Part shown: positions 53,226 to 62,788 of the stretch, one piece after another | How the letters are laid out: each line of letters starts with the position of its first letter | Numbering within the stretch: position 1 is the first letter of the stretch | IMG/VR virus record: IMGVR_UViG_2939121850_000001 | Strand: one strand, 5' to 3' | Length of the DNA: 64,000 nucleotides | Source of the DNA: a virus | Taxonomy: Duplodnaviria; Heunggongvirae; Uroviricota; Caudoviricetes | Program-made: the position numbers and the translations under genes | Notes under the pieces: model-generated | What the model saw: the letters and a program-made list of their open reading frames with translations, nothing else | What the model was told of the DNA's origin: nothing | The model's database searches: none

Positions 53226-53867
53226 TTATAGATAATTTCCTTTTCCAGTTAACTCCCCTTTAGGCACCCGTTTTTGTGCCAGTGTTTGGGTTCCGCGAAT
53301 TATGTTAATCAGAGGGCTTAGTAACGATGATTCCTGGCGGGCATCAACTTCTCCTGCCATTGCCCTAATGTAGTCGGCGCTTGCAACGTTGTTATATTCC
53401 GTTGCGAAGCAGCATAACAACGTCAGAACGTGCTCTGTCGTTATTTCGCTCCAGTTGATGTTGAAAAATTCATCGCCTTTTTTGTCATGTTCGGAATCGA
53501 AGATGCTTTGGTGAAGGATGTATTTGCCGGATTCCTTGCGCGGTAACTTGATCGCTTTCTGGCGTTCCAATTCCTTGTAAATCTGCATCGCTTCAATCAG
53601 TACCGGTCTGCCGTTCATGAAGGGATCACGCAACCTTACACGCTGGCCAACTCGACCGGTAATAAAGCTGTTTTCCTCTTCCACCAGCACGATAAAACCC
53701 TTTTCCTCTTTTTCTCGCAATTCGCGCAGCAGCTGGAGTTCCATATCGCGGCGGCGTTCAGGGTAGCTGGTCCGCTCAGCCATTATCAGCTCATTGTTGA
53801 TCCATGCGGCAGTCATTGACGCCGGTTTGCCGACGCTCATCGAAACAACGCATATTTTCTTATCCAT
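53226..53867 (-). CDS. Mat-like protein (synteny only)
   Basis: 213-aa ORF from ATG 53867 with SD AGGGG; backbone-like GC. Confidence 0.4.
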   Translation of the reverse strand: MDKKICVVSMSVGKPASMTAAWINNELIMAERTSYPERRRDMELQLLRELREKEEKGFIVLVEEENSFITGRVGQRVRLRDPFMNGRPVLIEAMQIYKELERQKAIKLPRKESGKYILHQSIFDSEHDKKGDEFFNINWSEITTEHVLTLLCCFATEYNNVASADYIRAMAGEVDARQESSLLSPLINIIRGTQTLAQKRVPKGELTGKGNYL

Positions 53868-53996
53868 AGCGCCCCTACAAAAAAGAAAAGCCACCAGCGG
53901 CGGCTTAGCAATACAACTGAAGGTAGCGCCCGGTACTCAGACTGTGCCGTCCATGGAATATTTGAAAAGGGATCCATCCGTACCGGGCGTGTGATG

Positions 53997-54015
53997 ATTC
54001 TGACTGAAGTCACTT
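53997..54015 (-). promoter_or_regulatory. Possible late promoter element AAGTGACTT-N4-CAGAAT (weak -10)
   Basis: Perfect 9-bp palindrome upstream of the mat-like gene. Confidence 0.3.
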
Positions 54016-54055
54016 GTCAGTTGTCAATCATTTATCATTAAAAATAATATATTTA

Positions 54056-54616
54056 TTAGTGCATGATGTTTGCCATCTCATAGGCGTCAGCCAGTAACTC
54101 CATCTCTGACTTGTTCAGCAGGGTGAATTCTTTCTTGCCTCCAACCACACCATCGGCATGAACAGGGACCAGCCAGGGGTATTTTGCTCTTACTTCAGCC
54201 GGTGCTGCATGCTGGTGGTGCCATCTACAAAGTGGCAATTGCTTTTTATGACAACCCGGCGCGGTACGACCGGAGATATGGTGCAGAGACACCTCTTCAG
54301 ATATTACTCCATGCATGTAGCAGGCAATGCAGGGGAGAGTGCCAAGAGCATTGGCGATGGTCCGTTCCTCCGCCGTCGGTGTTCGCCCCTTCAAGCCACG
54401 AGATTTTATTTTTACCGCACTTTTCCGCGTTTTGCTGGCTGGTGGGCGCTCTTTCTGTTTAGCGATACGGCGGTCGATAGAATCCCGCATTTTCTGATAT
54501 TGCGATTCTCGCCAGGCGGGGTCAGCCAACTTTTCCCGTTGCCGAGCGATCGCTCGTTCTCTGGCTGCCTTCTGCCACTCGCGGCGCTGTTCAAGTTTTT
54601 GTTCGATTGTTTTCAT
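54056..54616 (-). CDS. ref: Ref (HNH-type recombination enhancement endonuclease)
   Basis: 186-aa ORF from MKTIEQKLEQ...; Cys/His-rich region CIACYMH...HHISG...CRWHHQHAA. Confidence 0.7.
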   Translation of the reverse strand: MKTIEQKLEQRREWQKAARERAIARQREKLADPAWRESQYQKMRDSIDRRIAKQKERPPASKTRKSAVKIKSRGLKGRTPTAEERTIANALGTLPCIACYMHGVISEEVSLHHISGRTAPGCHKKQLPLCRWHHQHAAPAEVRAKYPWLVPVHADGVVGGKKEFTLLNKSEMELLADAYEMANIMH

Positions 54617-54715
54617 ATGGCAAAAAAAAGGCGGCCTAATGGCCGCCAATGATGTCAAGGAGTGAAGTAATGGCAACGTCTTCGTAGTTGACAAAAACTG
54701 CGGCTAAATTATAGC

Positions 54716-54732
54716 AATCAATTAGAGCAATG
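54716..54732. promoter_or_regulatory. C1 operator upstream of ref
   Basis: AATCAATTAGAGCAATG. Confidence 0.5.
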
Positions 54733-54865
54733 GTAGATATTTTGTTTCTCGCGAATCACATTTTTTCACTTCAGTACCTGTGTGCTATACTCCTTCTTGA
54801 TTGATTGATTGGATGCGGAATACAAACCCGCTCTTTTGTGCAGCCTGGCTCCTTGCCAGGCTTTT

Positions 54866-55177
54866 TTATTTCATCATGGAAGCTGTTAACGCTTTGGATC
54901 TTGCTGAACTGATTGAAAGGGCATTGTTTACCTTACCCAGGAGTTCGCCAAATTCCACCATCACTCTAGTAAGCCCGCGCCGCGCTTCCTCCTCCGTTGC
55001 ATTCATCACAAAATGTTCAGCACTCCGCATGCTTTTAACGGGGAACGCAACAGATATCGAGTCGATATCAGGCATCCTATCGCTCAACTTTACGGTGACA
55101 ATGACAGATGGCGACAGAATATTAGTGCTTACAGACAGCACTACATATTTTCCGTCGATGTTGAAATCCTTTCTCAT
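54866..55177 (-). CDS. Hypothetical small protein between cre and ref
   Basis: 103-aa ORF with operator-like site immediately upstream. Confidence 0.35.
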   Translation of the reverse strand: MRKDFNIDGKYVVLSVSTNILSPSVIVTVKLSDRMPDIDSISVAFPVKSMRSAEHFVMNATEEEARRGLTRVMVEFGELLGKVNNALSISSARSKALTASMMK

Positions 55178-55193
55178 ACGCCACCATAAATAT

Positions 55194-55210
55194 CAAAGAA
55201 TTAGAGCAAT
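55194..55210. promoter_or_regulatory. C1 operator-like site
   Basis: CAAAGAATTAGAGCAAT. Confidence 0.5.
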
Positions 55211-55227
55211 CATTTACGTGTTAATGG

Positions 55228-56259
55228 CTAATTGCCATCTTCCAGCAGGCGCACCATTGCCCCTGTTTCACTATCCAGGTTACGGATATAGTTCATGACA
55301 ATATTTACGTTGGTCCAGCCACCAGCTTGCATGATCTCCGGTATTGAAACTCCGGCACGGGCCATATCTCGCGCGGCTCCGACACGGGCACTGTGTCCAG
55401 ACCAGGCCAGGTACCTCTGTCCAGAGTCATCCTTAGCCCCGTAAATCAATCGGTGAGTTGCTTCAAAAATCCCTTCTAGGGCGCGAGTTGATAGCTGGCT
55501 GGTGGGTGATGGCGAGGCAACACCATTTTTTCTGACCCGGCAAAACAGGTAGTTATTCGGATCATCAGCCACACCAGAGACAGAAATCCATCGCTCGACC
55601 AGTTTAGTTACCCCCAGGCTAAGTGCCTTCTCTACACCTGCGGTGCTAACCAGCGTTTTCGTTCTGCCAATATGGATTAACATTCTCCCACCGTCAGTAC
55701 GTGAGATATCTTTAACCCTGATCCTGGCAATTTCGGCTATACGTAACAGGGTGTTATAAGCAATCCCCAGAAATGCCAGATTACGTATATCCTGGCAGCG
55801 ATCGCTATTTTCCATGAGTGAACGAACCTGGTCGAAATCAGTGCGTTCGAACGCTAGTGCCTGTTTTGCACGTTCACCGGCATCAACGTTTTCTTTTCGG
55901 ATCCGCCGCATAACCAGTGAAACAGCATTGCTATCACTTGGTCGCTGCAGCCCGGACCGACGATGAAGCATGTTTAGCTGGCCCAAATGTTGCTGGATAG
56001 TTTTTACTGCCAGACCGCGCGCCTGAAGATATAGAAGATAATCGCGAACATCTTCAGGTTCTGCGGGAAACCATTTCCGGTTATTCAACTTGCACCATGC
56101 CGCCCACGACCGGCAAACGGACAGAAGCATTTTCCAGGTATGCTCAGAAAACGCCTGGCGATCCCTGAACATGTCCATCAGGTTCTTGCGAACCTCATCA
56201 CTCGTTGCATCGACCGGCAATGCAGGCAAATTTTGGTGTACGGTCAGTAAATTGGACAT
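55228..56259 (-). CDS. cre: Cre tyrosine recombinase
   Basis: 343-aa ORF MSNLLTVHQNLPALPVDATSDEVRKNLMDMFRDRQAFSEHTWK... recognised as Cre; loxP ~420 bp upstream. Confidence 0.95.
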   Translation of the reverse strand: MSNLLTVHQNLPALPVDATSDEVRKNLMDMFRDRQAFSEHTWKMLLSVCRSWAAWCKLNNRKWFPAEPEDVRDYLLYLQARGLAVKTIQQHLGQLNMLHRRSGLQRPSDSNAVSLVMRRIRKENVDAGERAKQALAFERTDFDQVRSLMENSDRCQDIRNLAFLGIAYNTLLRIAEIARIRVKDISRTDGGRMLIHIGRTKTLVSTAGVEKALSLGVTKLVERWISVSGVADDPNNYLFCRVRKNGVASPSPTSQLSTRALEGIFEATHRLIYGAKDDSGQRYLAWSGHSARVGAARDMARAGVSIPEIMQAGGWTNVNIVMNYIRNLDSETGAMVRLLEDGN

Positions 56260-56266
56260 TTGACAC

Positions 56267-56488
56267 TCAGATAATGGTTTTAAGTAAAGTGTACAGGATC
56301 GGCTCTGCCTTTACCTGTTTATGGTTCTCGTCATAGAAACGCCAACGACCGCGACTGCGTTCTATTTTTTCTTCACCGCGCGATAATGACAGTTGACAAC
56401 TATCACGATCAAACCCTTTTGCCCGCCAGTAACCACGATTTTTCTCAAGCTCAAGATGAGTGGACACTTTAGCAGCTGAATATCCCAT
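56267..56488 (-). CDS. Cra-like small protein upstream of cre
   Basis: 73-aa ORF between loxP and cre. Confidence 0.55.
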   Translation of the reverse strand: MGYSAAKVSTHLELEKNRGYWRAKGFDRDSCQLSLSRGEEKIERSRGRWRFYDENHKQVKAEPILYTLLKTII

Positions 56489-56677
56489 TTTTCACCTCTG
56501 ATTGATTGGTGGTGCTAAGTGCGCTACGCGAAATCTGGAGCACTAACACTGCCAACATTTCGCAGATTTTACGTAGCGCAACCTTGATCAAATGATCAAG
56601 TGATCACTATTTGACCTGATAAGGTATTGAACTGTATGGATTTACAGGTAAATTAATCATGTTCAATAACCCTTAAG

Positions 56678-56711
56678 ATAACTTCGTATAATGTATGCTA
56701 TACGAAGTTAT
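56678..56711. other. loxP: loxP recombination site
   Basis: Exact ATAACTTCGTATA-ATGTATGC-TATACGAAGTTAT. Confidence 0.95.
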
Positions 56712-56756
56712 TAGGTCTGAAGAGGAGTTTACGTCCAGCTGCGCATAAAAATCAAT

Positions 56757-56854
56757 AATTATTAGAGCAATAAATTTTGAGAGAAAAATCCCACTCCACC
56801 AGCCAAAAACTGGATTGTTTTTCATAGTTGTTTGACAATTGCTCTAATAAATTA
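56757..56854. promoter_or_regulatory. Pair of oppositely oriented C1 operators (Op99-like) with -35 TTGACA, upstream of coi-c1
   Basis: ATTATTAGAGCAATAAA at 56757 and ATTGCTCTAATAAATTA at 56838; TTGACA at 56832. Confidence 0.6.
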
Positions 56855-57092
56855 TAGTTTTGCCGCCGTTACGTAATACGACTTTGGATTCACTATTTAA
56901 TGTGTCTTCAGCGTTGTAGAGCGGCTCAGAAGGAAATGAGCAAACAGGGAAACCTTATACAACGGCATTACAGCTATGCATTGCTCATCTTACACACAGC
57001 GCAATGTTGTTAGATTACCCCAGCATGGATCATGGGTGAAACAGTAGGTCAGAGCTTCAGGCTCTGTGTTGTCAATACAGTGAGGCATAATT

Positions 57093-57302
57093 ATGGCTTT
57101 CATTCAACCAACCATCGACGACGTTAGACATTGCTCTAACGCTTTATCTGTAGACCCTGCCGAAACCGACGCTGCCCGCGCCATTGCTGAACACTACTCA
57201 AAGATATCCAATCAGGAGTACCGCATCACCCAAGACGACCTGGATGACCTCACTGACACAATCGAATATCTCATGGCAACTAACCAGTTAGACTCACAAT
57301 AA
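57093..57302 (+). CDS. coi: Coi (C1 inactivator)
   Basis: 69-aa ORF immediately upstream of c1. Confidence 0.75.
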   Translation: MAFIQPTIDDVRHCSNALSVDPAETDAARAIAEHYSKISNQEYRITQDDLDDLTDTIEYLMATNQLDSQ

Positions 57303-57412
57303 ATGCACTAATAAATCTATTATTTTTGTTTGATCCCTCTATAATATAGGTCAGTAATGACCGGTTTTCTCAGCCGGGCGTTATTGACCATGTCAATTCT
57401 GGAGGAGGATCA

Positions 57413-58264
57413 ATGATAAATTATGTCTACGGCGAACAACTGTACCAGGAGTTCGTCAGCTTCAGGGATCTCTTTCTAAAAAAAGCTGTTGCACGCGCCC
57501 AACACGTTGATACAGCCAGCGACGGTCGTCCTGTACGCCCGGTTGTCGTTCTACCGTTCAAAGAAACTGACAGCATTCAGGCTGAAATTGATAAATGGAC
57601 TTTAATGGCGCGGGAACTGGAACAGTACCCAGACCTCAATATCCCAAAGACTATTTTATATCCAGTGCCTAACATCCTTCGCGGTGTGCGCAAGGTTACA
57701 ACTTATCAGACAGAAGCTGTGAACAGCGTCAACATGACCGCTGGCCGCATTATTCATCTGATTGATAAGGACATTCGCATCCAAAAAAGCGCGGGGATCA
57801 ATGAGCACAGTGCGAAATACATAGAGAACCTGGAAGCAACAAAAGAGCTAATGAGGCAGTACCCGGAGGATGAAAAATTCCGTATGCGTGTACACGGCTT
57901 TAGCGAAACAATGCTGCGCGTCCACTACATCTCCAGTAGCCCTAACTACAATGATGGTAAATCAGTTAGTTACCATGTACCGCTGTGTGGCGTGTTTATC
58001 TGCGATGAAACTCTCCGTGATGGAATCATCATCAACGGTGAATTCGAAAAAGCAAAATTTAGCCTTTATGACTCCATAGAACCGATCATCTGCGACCGCT
58101 GGCCACAAGCAAAAATATATCGCCTGGCAGATATTGAAAATGTAAAAAAACAAATTGCCATCACTCGCGAAGAGAAAAAGGTTAAGTCAGCCGCATCAGT
58201 TACGCGCAGCCGTAAAACCAAGAAGGGGCAGCCAGTAAACGACAACCCCGAAAGCGCGCAATAA
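57413..58264 (+). CDS. c1: C1 repressor
   Basis: 283-aa ORF; size, position and sequence match my recollection of P1 C1. Confidence 0.9.
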   Translation: MINYVYGEQLYQEFVSFRDLFLKKAVARAQHVDTASDGRPVRPVVVLPFKETDSIQAEIDKWTLMARELEQYPDLNIPKTILYPVPNILRGVRKVTTYQTEAVNSVNMTAGRIIHLIDKDIRIQKSAGINEHSAKYIENLEATKELMRQYPEDEKFRMRVHGFSETMLRVHYISSSPNYNDGKSVSYHVPLCGVFICDETLRDGIIINGEFEKAKFSLYDSIEPIICDRWPQAKIYRLADIENVKKQIAITREEKKVKSAASVTRSRKTKKGQPVNDNPESAQ

Positions 58265-58267
58265 ATT

Positions 58268-58289
58268 ATGCCCGGCATCAACCGGGCAT
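58268..58289. terminator. Hairpin between convergent c1 and ant-2
   Basis: ATGCCCGG-catcaa-CCGGGCAT; no clear T-run. Confidence 0.4.
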
Positions 58290-58296
58290 TCTTCCA

Positions 58297-59330
58297 TTAT
58301 TCAGCCGCCACCGGTTTTAACAAGCCAGCATCGAGCAGTTTACGCGTCAACCACTGTTGGCCTTTCCCCGTTAATTGGGGCGTCAGCCGTATCTGGTAGC
58401 CCTCTTCATCATCCAGCACCACTTCTTTCACTGTGAAATATCCGGCGTTTATGTACTGCTGGAACGGTACATTTTTACGGCCGCCGGACGCTATCAGAAT
58501 GCCGTTCTCCCGTAACCAGGCAAACAGCGCATTTTGTTTAAGTCCAACGACCTTTGCAAAATTCCCAATCAGGATCCCCTTAGCCACTGATACCCGGTCG
58601 GCAAAATCGACTTTGGGGGCTGCGGCCACCAGCTGCTGATTTAGCTGATGGGCTTTCTGTTCCAGAAGTTGCTTTTGTTCGGCCAGTTCGGCAGCCAGGC
58701 GGAGGGCTTCTGGGAGTGTCTGGGGGATTGCGATCGGTTGCTGTTCTTTTTGTCGGAAGTAGCTGTCTTCCAGTTTTTCAAAGAATGCCCACGCTTCATT
58801 TGTGTCCACGATCTTAGACATGCGTGCCGCTCCGCGCTCGGCCCAGAGAATTACCTGACTTGTATATTTGCTAACCAAGTGACTAATAGTCACTAGCCTT
58901 TTAAATTCCTTTAATTTTGAACCAGTTAAGAGATAGTAATGCTTACCTTCTTCAAAGCGATCGGGGTTGCGAGACAGATTTTTACGAATATTCGCTTCAT
59001 CGGTCCCATACCCCTTAGCAAGAGTCTCAGTTGTCACTACACGCACTCCCAGCCATTCCAGAACGGGAATTTCATCAGGCTGATTTTGAGCAACCACCAG
59101 CTCTGATTCCTGAACTGAAGGTGCATGAGTTTTTTCTGATTTAACGTTAGTTGCTTTCATTCTGTGTGCCTCCTTGCGTGTTTCGGCTGCGACGGTTGCG
59201 TAATTCAGATGACCCTGTTCGAGCAGGTATTCGCGGATATCAGACAACAGGATACGGTGAACCGCGTTCTTGTCCTTTCTCCGGTAAAGTTGTTTGGTGA
59301 TCATGAAGTAGTTGGCAATAACGCCTGGTA
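58297..59330 (-). pseudogene. Second antirepressor (ant-like) gene, 3' part, separated from its start by IS10
   Basis: C-terminus near-identical to Ant at 11767-12810; reading frame continues up to the IS10 junction. Confidence 0.75.
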
Positions 59331-60659
59331 CTGAGAGATCCCCTCATAATTTCCCCAAAACGTAACCATGTGTGAATAGATTTTGAGTAAGCAGGGTTGC
59401 AGCCACGAGTGAGTCTTCCCTTGTTATTGTGTAGCCAGAATGCCGCAAAACTTCCATGCCTAAGCGAACTGTTGAGAGTACGTTTCGATTTCTGACTGTG
59501 TTAGCCTGGAAGTGCTTGTCCCAACCTTGTTTCTGAGCATGAACGCCCGCAAGCCAACATGTTAGTTGAAGCATCAGGGCGATTAGCAGCATGATATCAA
59601 AACGCTCTGAGCTGCTCGTTCGGCTATGGCGTAGGCCTAGTCCGTAGGCAGGACTTTTCAAGTCTCGGAAGGTTTCTTCAATCTGCATTCGCTTCGAATA
59701 GATATTAACAAGTTGTTTGGGTGTTCGAATTTCAACAGGTAAGTTAGTTGCTAGAATCCATGGCTCCTTTGCCGACGCTGAGTAGATTTTAGGTGACGGG
59801 TGGTGACAATGAGTCCGTGTCGAGCGCTGATTTTTTCGGCCTTTAGAGCGAGATTTATACAATAGAATTTGGCATGAGATTGGATTGCTTTTAGTCAGCC
59901 TCTTATAGCCTAAAGTCTTTGAGTGACTAGATGACATATCATGTAAGTTGCTGATAGGTTTCCAGTTTTCCGCTCCTAGGTCTGCATATTGTACTTTTCC
60001 TCTTACTCGACTTAACCAGTACCAACCCAGCTTCTCAACGGATTTATACCATGGCACTTTAAAGCCAGCATCACTGACAATGAGCGGTGTGGTGTTACTC
60101 GGTAGAATGCTCGCAAGGTCGGCTAGAAATTGGTCATGAGCTTTCTTTGAACATTGCTCTGAAAGCGGGAACGCTTTCTCATAAAGAGTAACAGAACGAC
60201 CGTGTAGTGCGACTGAAGCTCGCAATACCATAAGCCGTTTTTGCTCACGGATATCAGACCAGTCAACAAGTACAATGGGCATCGTATTGCCCGAACAGAT
60301 AAAGCTAGCATGCCAACGGTATACAGCGAGTCGCTCTTTGTGGAGGTGACGATTACCTAACAATCGGTCGATTCGTTTGATGTTATGTTTTGTTCTCGCT
60401 TTGGTTGGCAGGTTACGGCCAAGTTCGGTAAGAGTGAGAGTTTTACAGTCAAGTAAGGCGTGGCAAGCCAACGTTAAGCTGTTGAGTCGTTTTAAGTGTA
60501 ATTCGGGGCAGAATTGGTAAAGAGAGTCGTGTAAAATATCGAGTTCGCACATTTTGTTGTCTGATTATTGATTTTTGGCGAAACCATTTGATCATATGAC
60601 AAGATGTGTATCTACCTTAACTTAATGATTTTGATAAAAATCATTAGGGGATTCATCAG
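59331..60659. mobile_element. IS10 (1329 bp) with 9-bp target site duplication CGCCTGGTA
   Basis: Ends CTGAGAGATCCCCTCATAATTTCCCC and CTGATGAATCCCCTAATGATTTT (reverse complement); direct repeats at 59322-59330 and 60660-60668. Confidence 0.95.
59344..60552 (-). CDS. IS10 transposase
   Basis: 402-aa ORF MCELDILHDSLYQFCPELHLKRLNSLTLACHALLDCKTLTLTELGRNLPTKARTKHNIKRIDRLLGNRHL... recognised as IS10 transposase. Confidence 0.95.
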   Translation of the reverse strand: MCELDILHDSLYQFCPELHLKRLNSLTLACHALLDCKTLTLTELGRNLPTKARTKHNIKRIDRLLGNRHLHKERLAVYRWHASFICSGNTMPIVLVDWSDIREQKRLMVLRASVALHGRSVTLYEKAFPLSEQCSKKAHDQFLADLASILPSNTTPLIVSDAGFKVPWYKSVEKLGWYWLSRVRGKVQYADLGAENWKPISNLHDMSSSHSKTLGYKRLTKSNPISCQILLYKSRSKGRKNQRSTRTHCHHPSPKIYSASAKEPWILATNLPVEIRTPKQLVNIYSKRMQIEETFRDLKSPAYGLGLRHSRTSSSERFDIMLLIALMLQLTCWLAGVHAQKQGWDKHFQANTVRNRNVLSTVRLGMEVLRHSGYTITREDSLVAATLLTQNLFTHGYVLGKL

Positions 60660-60747
60660 CGCCTGGTATATCCCTGGTACTGATACAGGCAGTGTGCTGT
60701 TCAATTGCCTCGATCATCTCTTCACGGGTGACTAATGACGTTCTCAT
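60660..60747 (-). pseudogene. ant-like gene 5' fragment (first ~29 codons)
   Basis: ATG at 60747 with SD; encodes MRTSLVTREEMIEAIEQHTACISTRDIPG, paralogous to Ant N-terminus. Confidence 0.7.
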
Positions 60748-60965
60748 AGTCCCTCCTGAGCAGAAGCGTTAACAGGGAGGCACCAGTAACTGAGAGAATT
60801 GCGTGAATCAGTGGAAAAACGGGCAGAGAAAATACATGGGGCGTCAGGAAGCTGAGAGCGGGCCTCATCTTCTGTTGGTGCAATAACGAAGTGATAGTGA
60901 CGTTTTTGGCAGGAGTAAAAGCGCCAGATAAATTCAGGATGAGTTGGGGTAGGGATAGTAGCCAT
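60744..60965 (-). CDS. Second Icd-like protein (73 aa)
   Basis: MATIPTPTHPEFIWRFYSCQKRHYHFVIAPTEDEARSQLPD...; SD AAGGAGG; stop overlaps ant-like start. Confidence 0.6.
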   Translation of the reverse strand: MATIPTPTHPEFIWRFYSCQKRHYHFVIAPTEDEARSQLPDAPCIFSARFSTDSRNSLSYWCLPVNASAQEGL

Positions 60966-61025
60966 ATTGGCAGCCTCCTTAGACGTTGGTATGTAACCAC
61001 CGCAGAAGAGACCAATCTTGCTGGC

Positions 61026-61101
61026 GGTGGACTGTACGGAGTTGGCCTTACTGGCGTCCAAGGTAACCAGCCTACCCGAAGGTAGCCCCATACAGCCCAC
61101 C
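61026..61101 (-). ncRNA. Second c4-like antisense RNA (~76 nt), sequence-divergent from copy 1
   Basis: 5' GGUGGGCUGUAUGGGGCUACCUUCGGGUAGGCUGG...UACAGUCCACC 3'; same architecture as 13078-13155. Confidence 0.45.
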
Positions 61102-61283
61102 ATTGTAGAGGTGTGCGTGTACGCCGATACAAAAAAAGACGCGAGCGGCGTCTGTATCGCCTTAGACTTAAGCGGGAGGCCAATCCCGGCACCCGTTTTA
61201 ATGAGGTGCCTGATAAGCATAAACCGAAAATGCCACAAGGCGCAAGAGGTCAGGTTCAATGTAACATCGGTAGCTAAAAAACA

Positions 61284-61300
61284 CAATTTATTAGAGCAAA
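61284..61300. promoter_or_regulatory. C1 operator at the promoter of the second immI-like module
   Basis: CAATTTATTAGAGCAAA. Confidence 0.55.
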
Positions 61301-61303
61301 TAT

Positions 61304-62788
61304 TCATTCATTAAGCCATGCCAGAGCTTCATCAACCTGCGCTTCGTCTTCGACGCTAAGCCCTTCATCCTGGGGAACATAATCCGCCAGCATAGCGAAA
61401 CAATATGTATCCCAATGGTCTGGTGAGTGCAGGTTGAGTTTTTTCTTCATATCCTCCTTACTCATCACCTTCCATTGACCTGCGGAGTTAATCCCTACAG
61501 GGATTTTCGACGCTTCCTCAATAGTTTCATTACCCTTATCCAGTCTCATACGACCAGATTTTACGGCCTCTGCGGCTTGAACATTGGCATAAGCACGTTT
61601 ATCAAAGTACAGGCTCTTATCTTCACGGCTATGCATCTTTTTACCCCAGCGTATACGCTGTACGGTAATACCATAATACTCGTACATCAGATCCGCCGTT
61701 GCTTTACCCAGGCCATCGCCGTCTATCGCTATGGTGATATTGGGGAATCGCTCAGGATTACATTCTGCGAAAATTTTGGCGGCAAGCTGCGTTTCTGTAA
61801 CGTCTGTGTATTCCAGCATTCGATAGTTGATTACACGGCGTTTATTTCGCTGGCCGGACACCATCATGATATTGATAACGGACTTATCCCGTCCCGTACC
61901 ACCAGCAACGTCCACACATGCAAGCCAGCCCCATCCTTTTGCAATCTTGACTTTCCGCCGCGTTGCACGTTCAACCTCATCACGTCCAAGAAGGAAGCCA
62001 TCCTGTGATTTAGGGAATAGGCCGCGTACCTTAATCATGTACATAGGGTTATCACGCCCGCCGTACTCCGCCAGCTTCATTTTGATAAATGCTGGCGTTA
62101 CCAACGGTGATTCCTCACTGTTAAGCGTGATCGCCGTATAAACGCCATCAGGGTTACCAGGACGCTTGGCCAGTTTATGGTGTGTATCGTAGAAATAGCC
62201 GCTTGGGCGTGTAGGCTGTGACAGCAATAAGATGCGGTTATCCTGTCCGGTAAGAGCACCGGTGATGATACCGAAAGCTCTATCACTGACACCGGAGGCT
62301 TCATCGATAATATACAGAAGATGATCTGCGTGTTCACCGGCGAGAGCTTCTTCACTTCCCAGACGAAAGCCCTTCGGTACTACAGTCCATACACCTTTAC
62401 CAGTAACCTCATAGAAAGCGGTTTCTGTCAGAACAAAATAATCAGCAAGCCATGGGAAACGGCTGGTGGCAGTAGCCCAGTTTATCTTGATGTACTTGAA
62501 TATACCGGTCATTACCTGCTGAATTTTGTTCGCAACGATAATGGCACGGGCACCTGGATACATGATTATGAACAACATGATCATGATAGAAGTCATGTCT
62601 GATTTCCCGGTACCGTGACCAGACGAAACAGATGTCTTGCTACCCTGTTCCTGCACAGACTCAATAATCAGATCCTGCTGCCAGGTAGGTGTTTTGCCGA
62701 ACAAAACATCAGCGGCAGCAATCCAGTCATAACGATATAGCGCCACCAGCTCGCGCCAACGTGGATCCGTTACGCAACTTCTGGCCAT
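61304..62788 (-). CDS. pacB: Terminase large subunit PacB
   Basis: 494-aa ORF; Walker A SGHGTGKS and Walker B-like [11 protein letters not shown]. Confidence 0.8.
   Translation of the reverse strand: MARSCVTDPRWRELVALYRYDWIAAADVLFGKTPTWQQDLIIESVQEQGSKTSVSSGHGTGKSDMTSIMIMLFIIMYPGARAIIVANKIQQVMTGIFKYIKINWATATSRFPWLADYFVLTETAFYEVTGKGVWTVVPKGFRLGSEEALAGEHADHLLYIIDEASGVSDRAFGIITGALTGQDNRILLLSQPTRPSGYFYDTHHKLAKRPGNPDGVYTAITLNSEESPLVTPAFIKMKLAEYGGRDNPMYMIKVRGLFPKSQDGFLLGRDEVERATRRKVKIAKGWGWLACVDVAGGTGRDKSVINIMMVSGQRNKRRVINYRMLEYTDVTETQLAAKIFAECNPERFPNITIAIDGDGLGKATADLMYEYYGITVQRIRWGKKMHSREDKSLYFDKRAYANVQAAEAVKSGRMRLDKGNETIEEASKIPVGINSAGQWKVMSKEDMKKKLNLHSPDHWDTYCFAMLADYVPQDEGLSVEDEAQVDEALAWLNE

Noticed and set aside
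54056-54694. 212-aa extended Ref ORF and 222-aa extended mat-like ORF (53226-53894)
   Set aside because: Extensions start at non-ATG or poorly positioned codons; internal ATGs with SD chosen.
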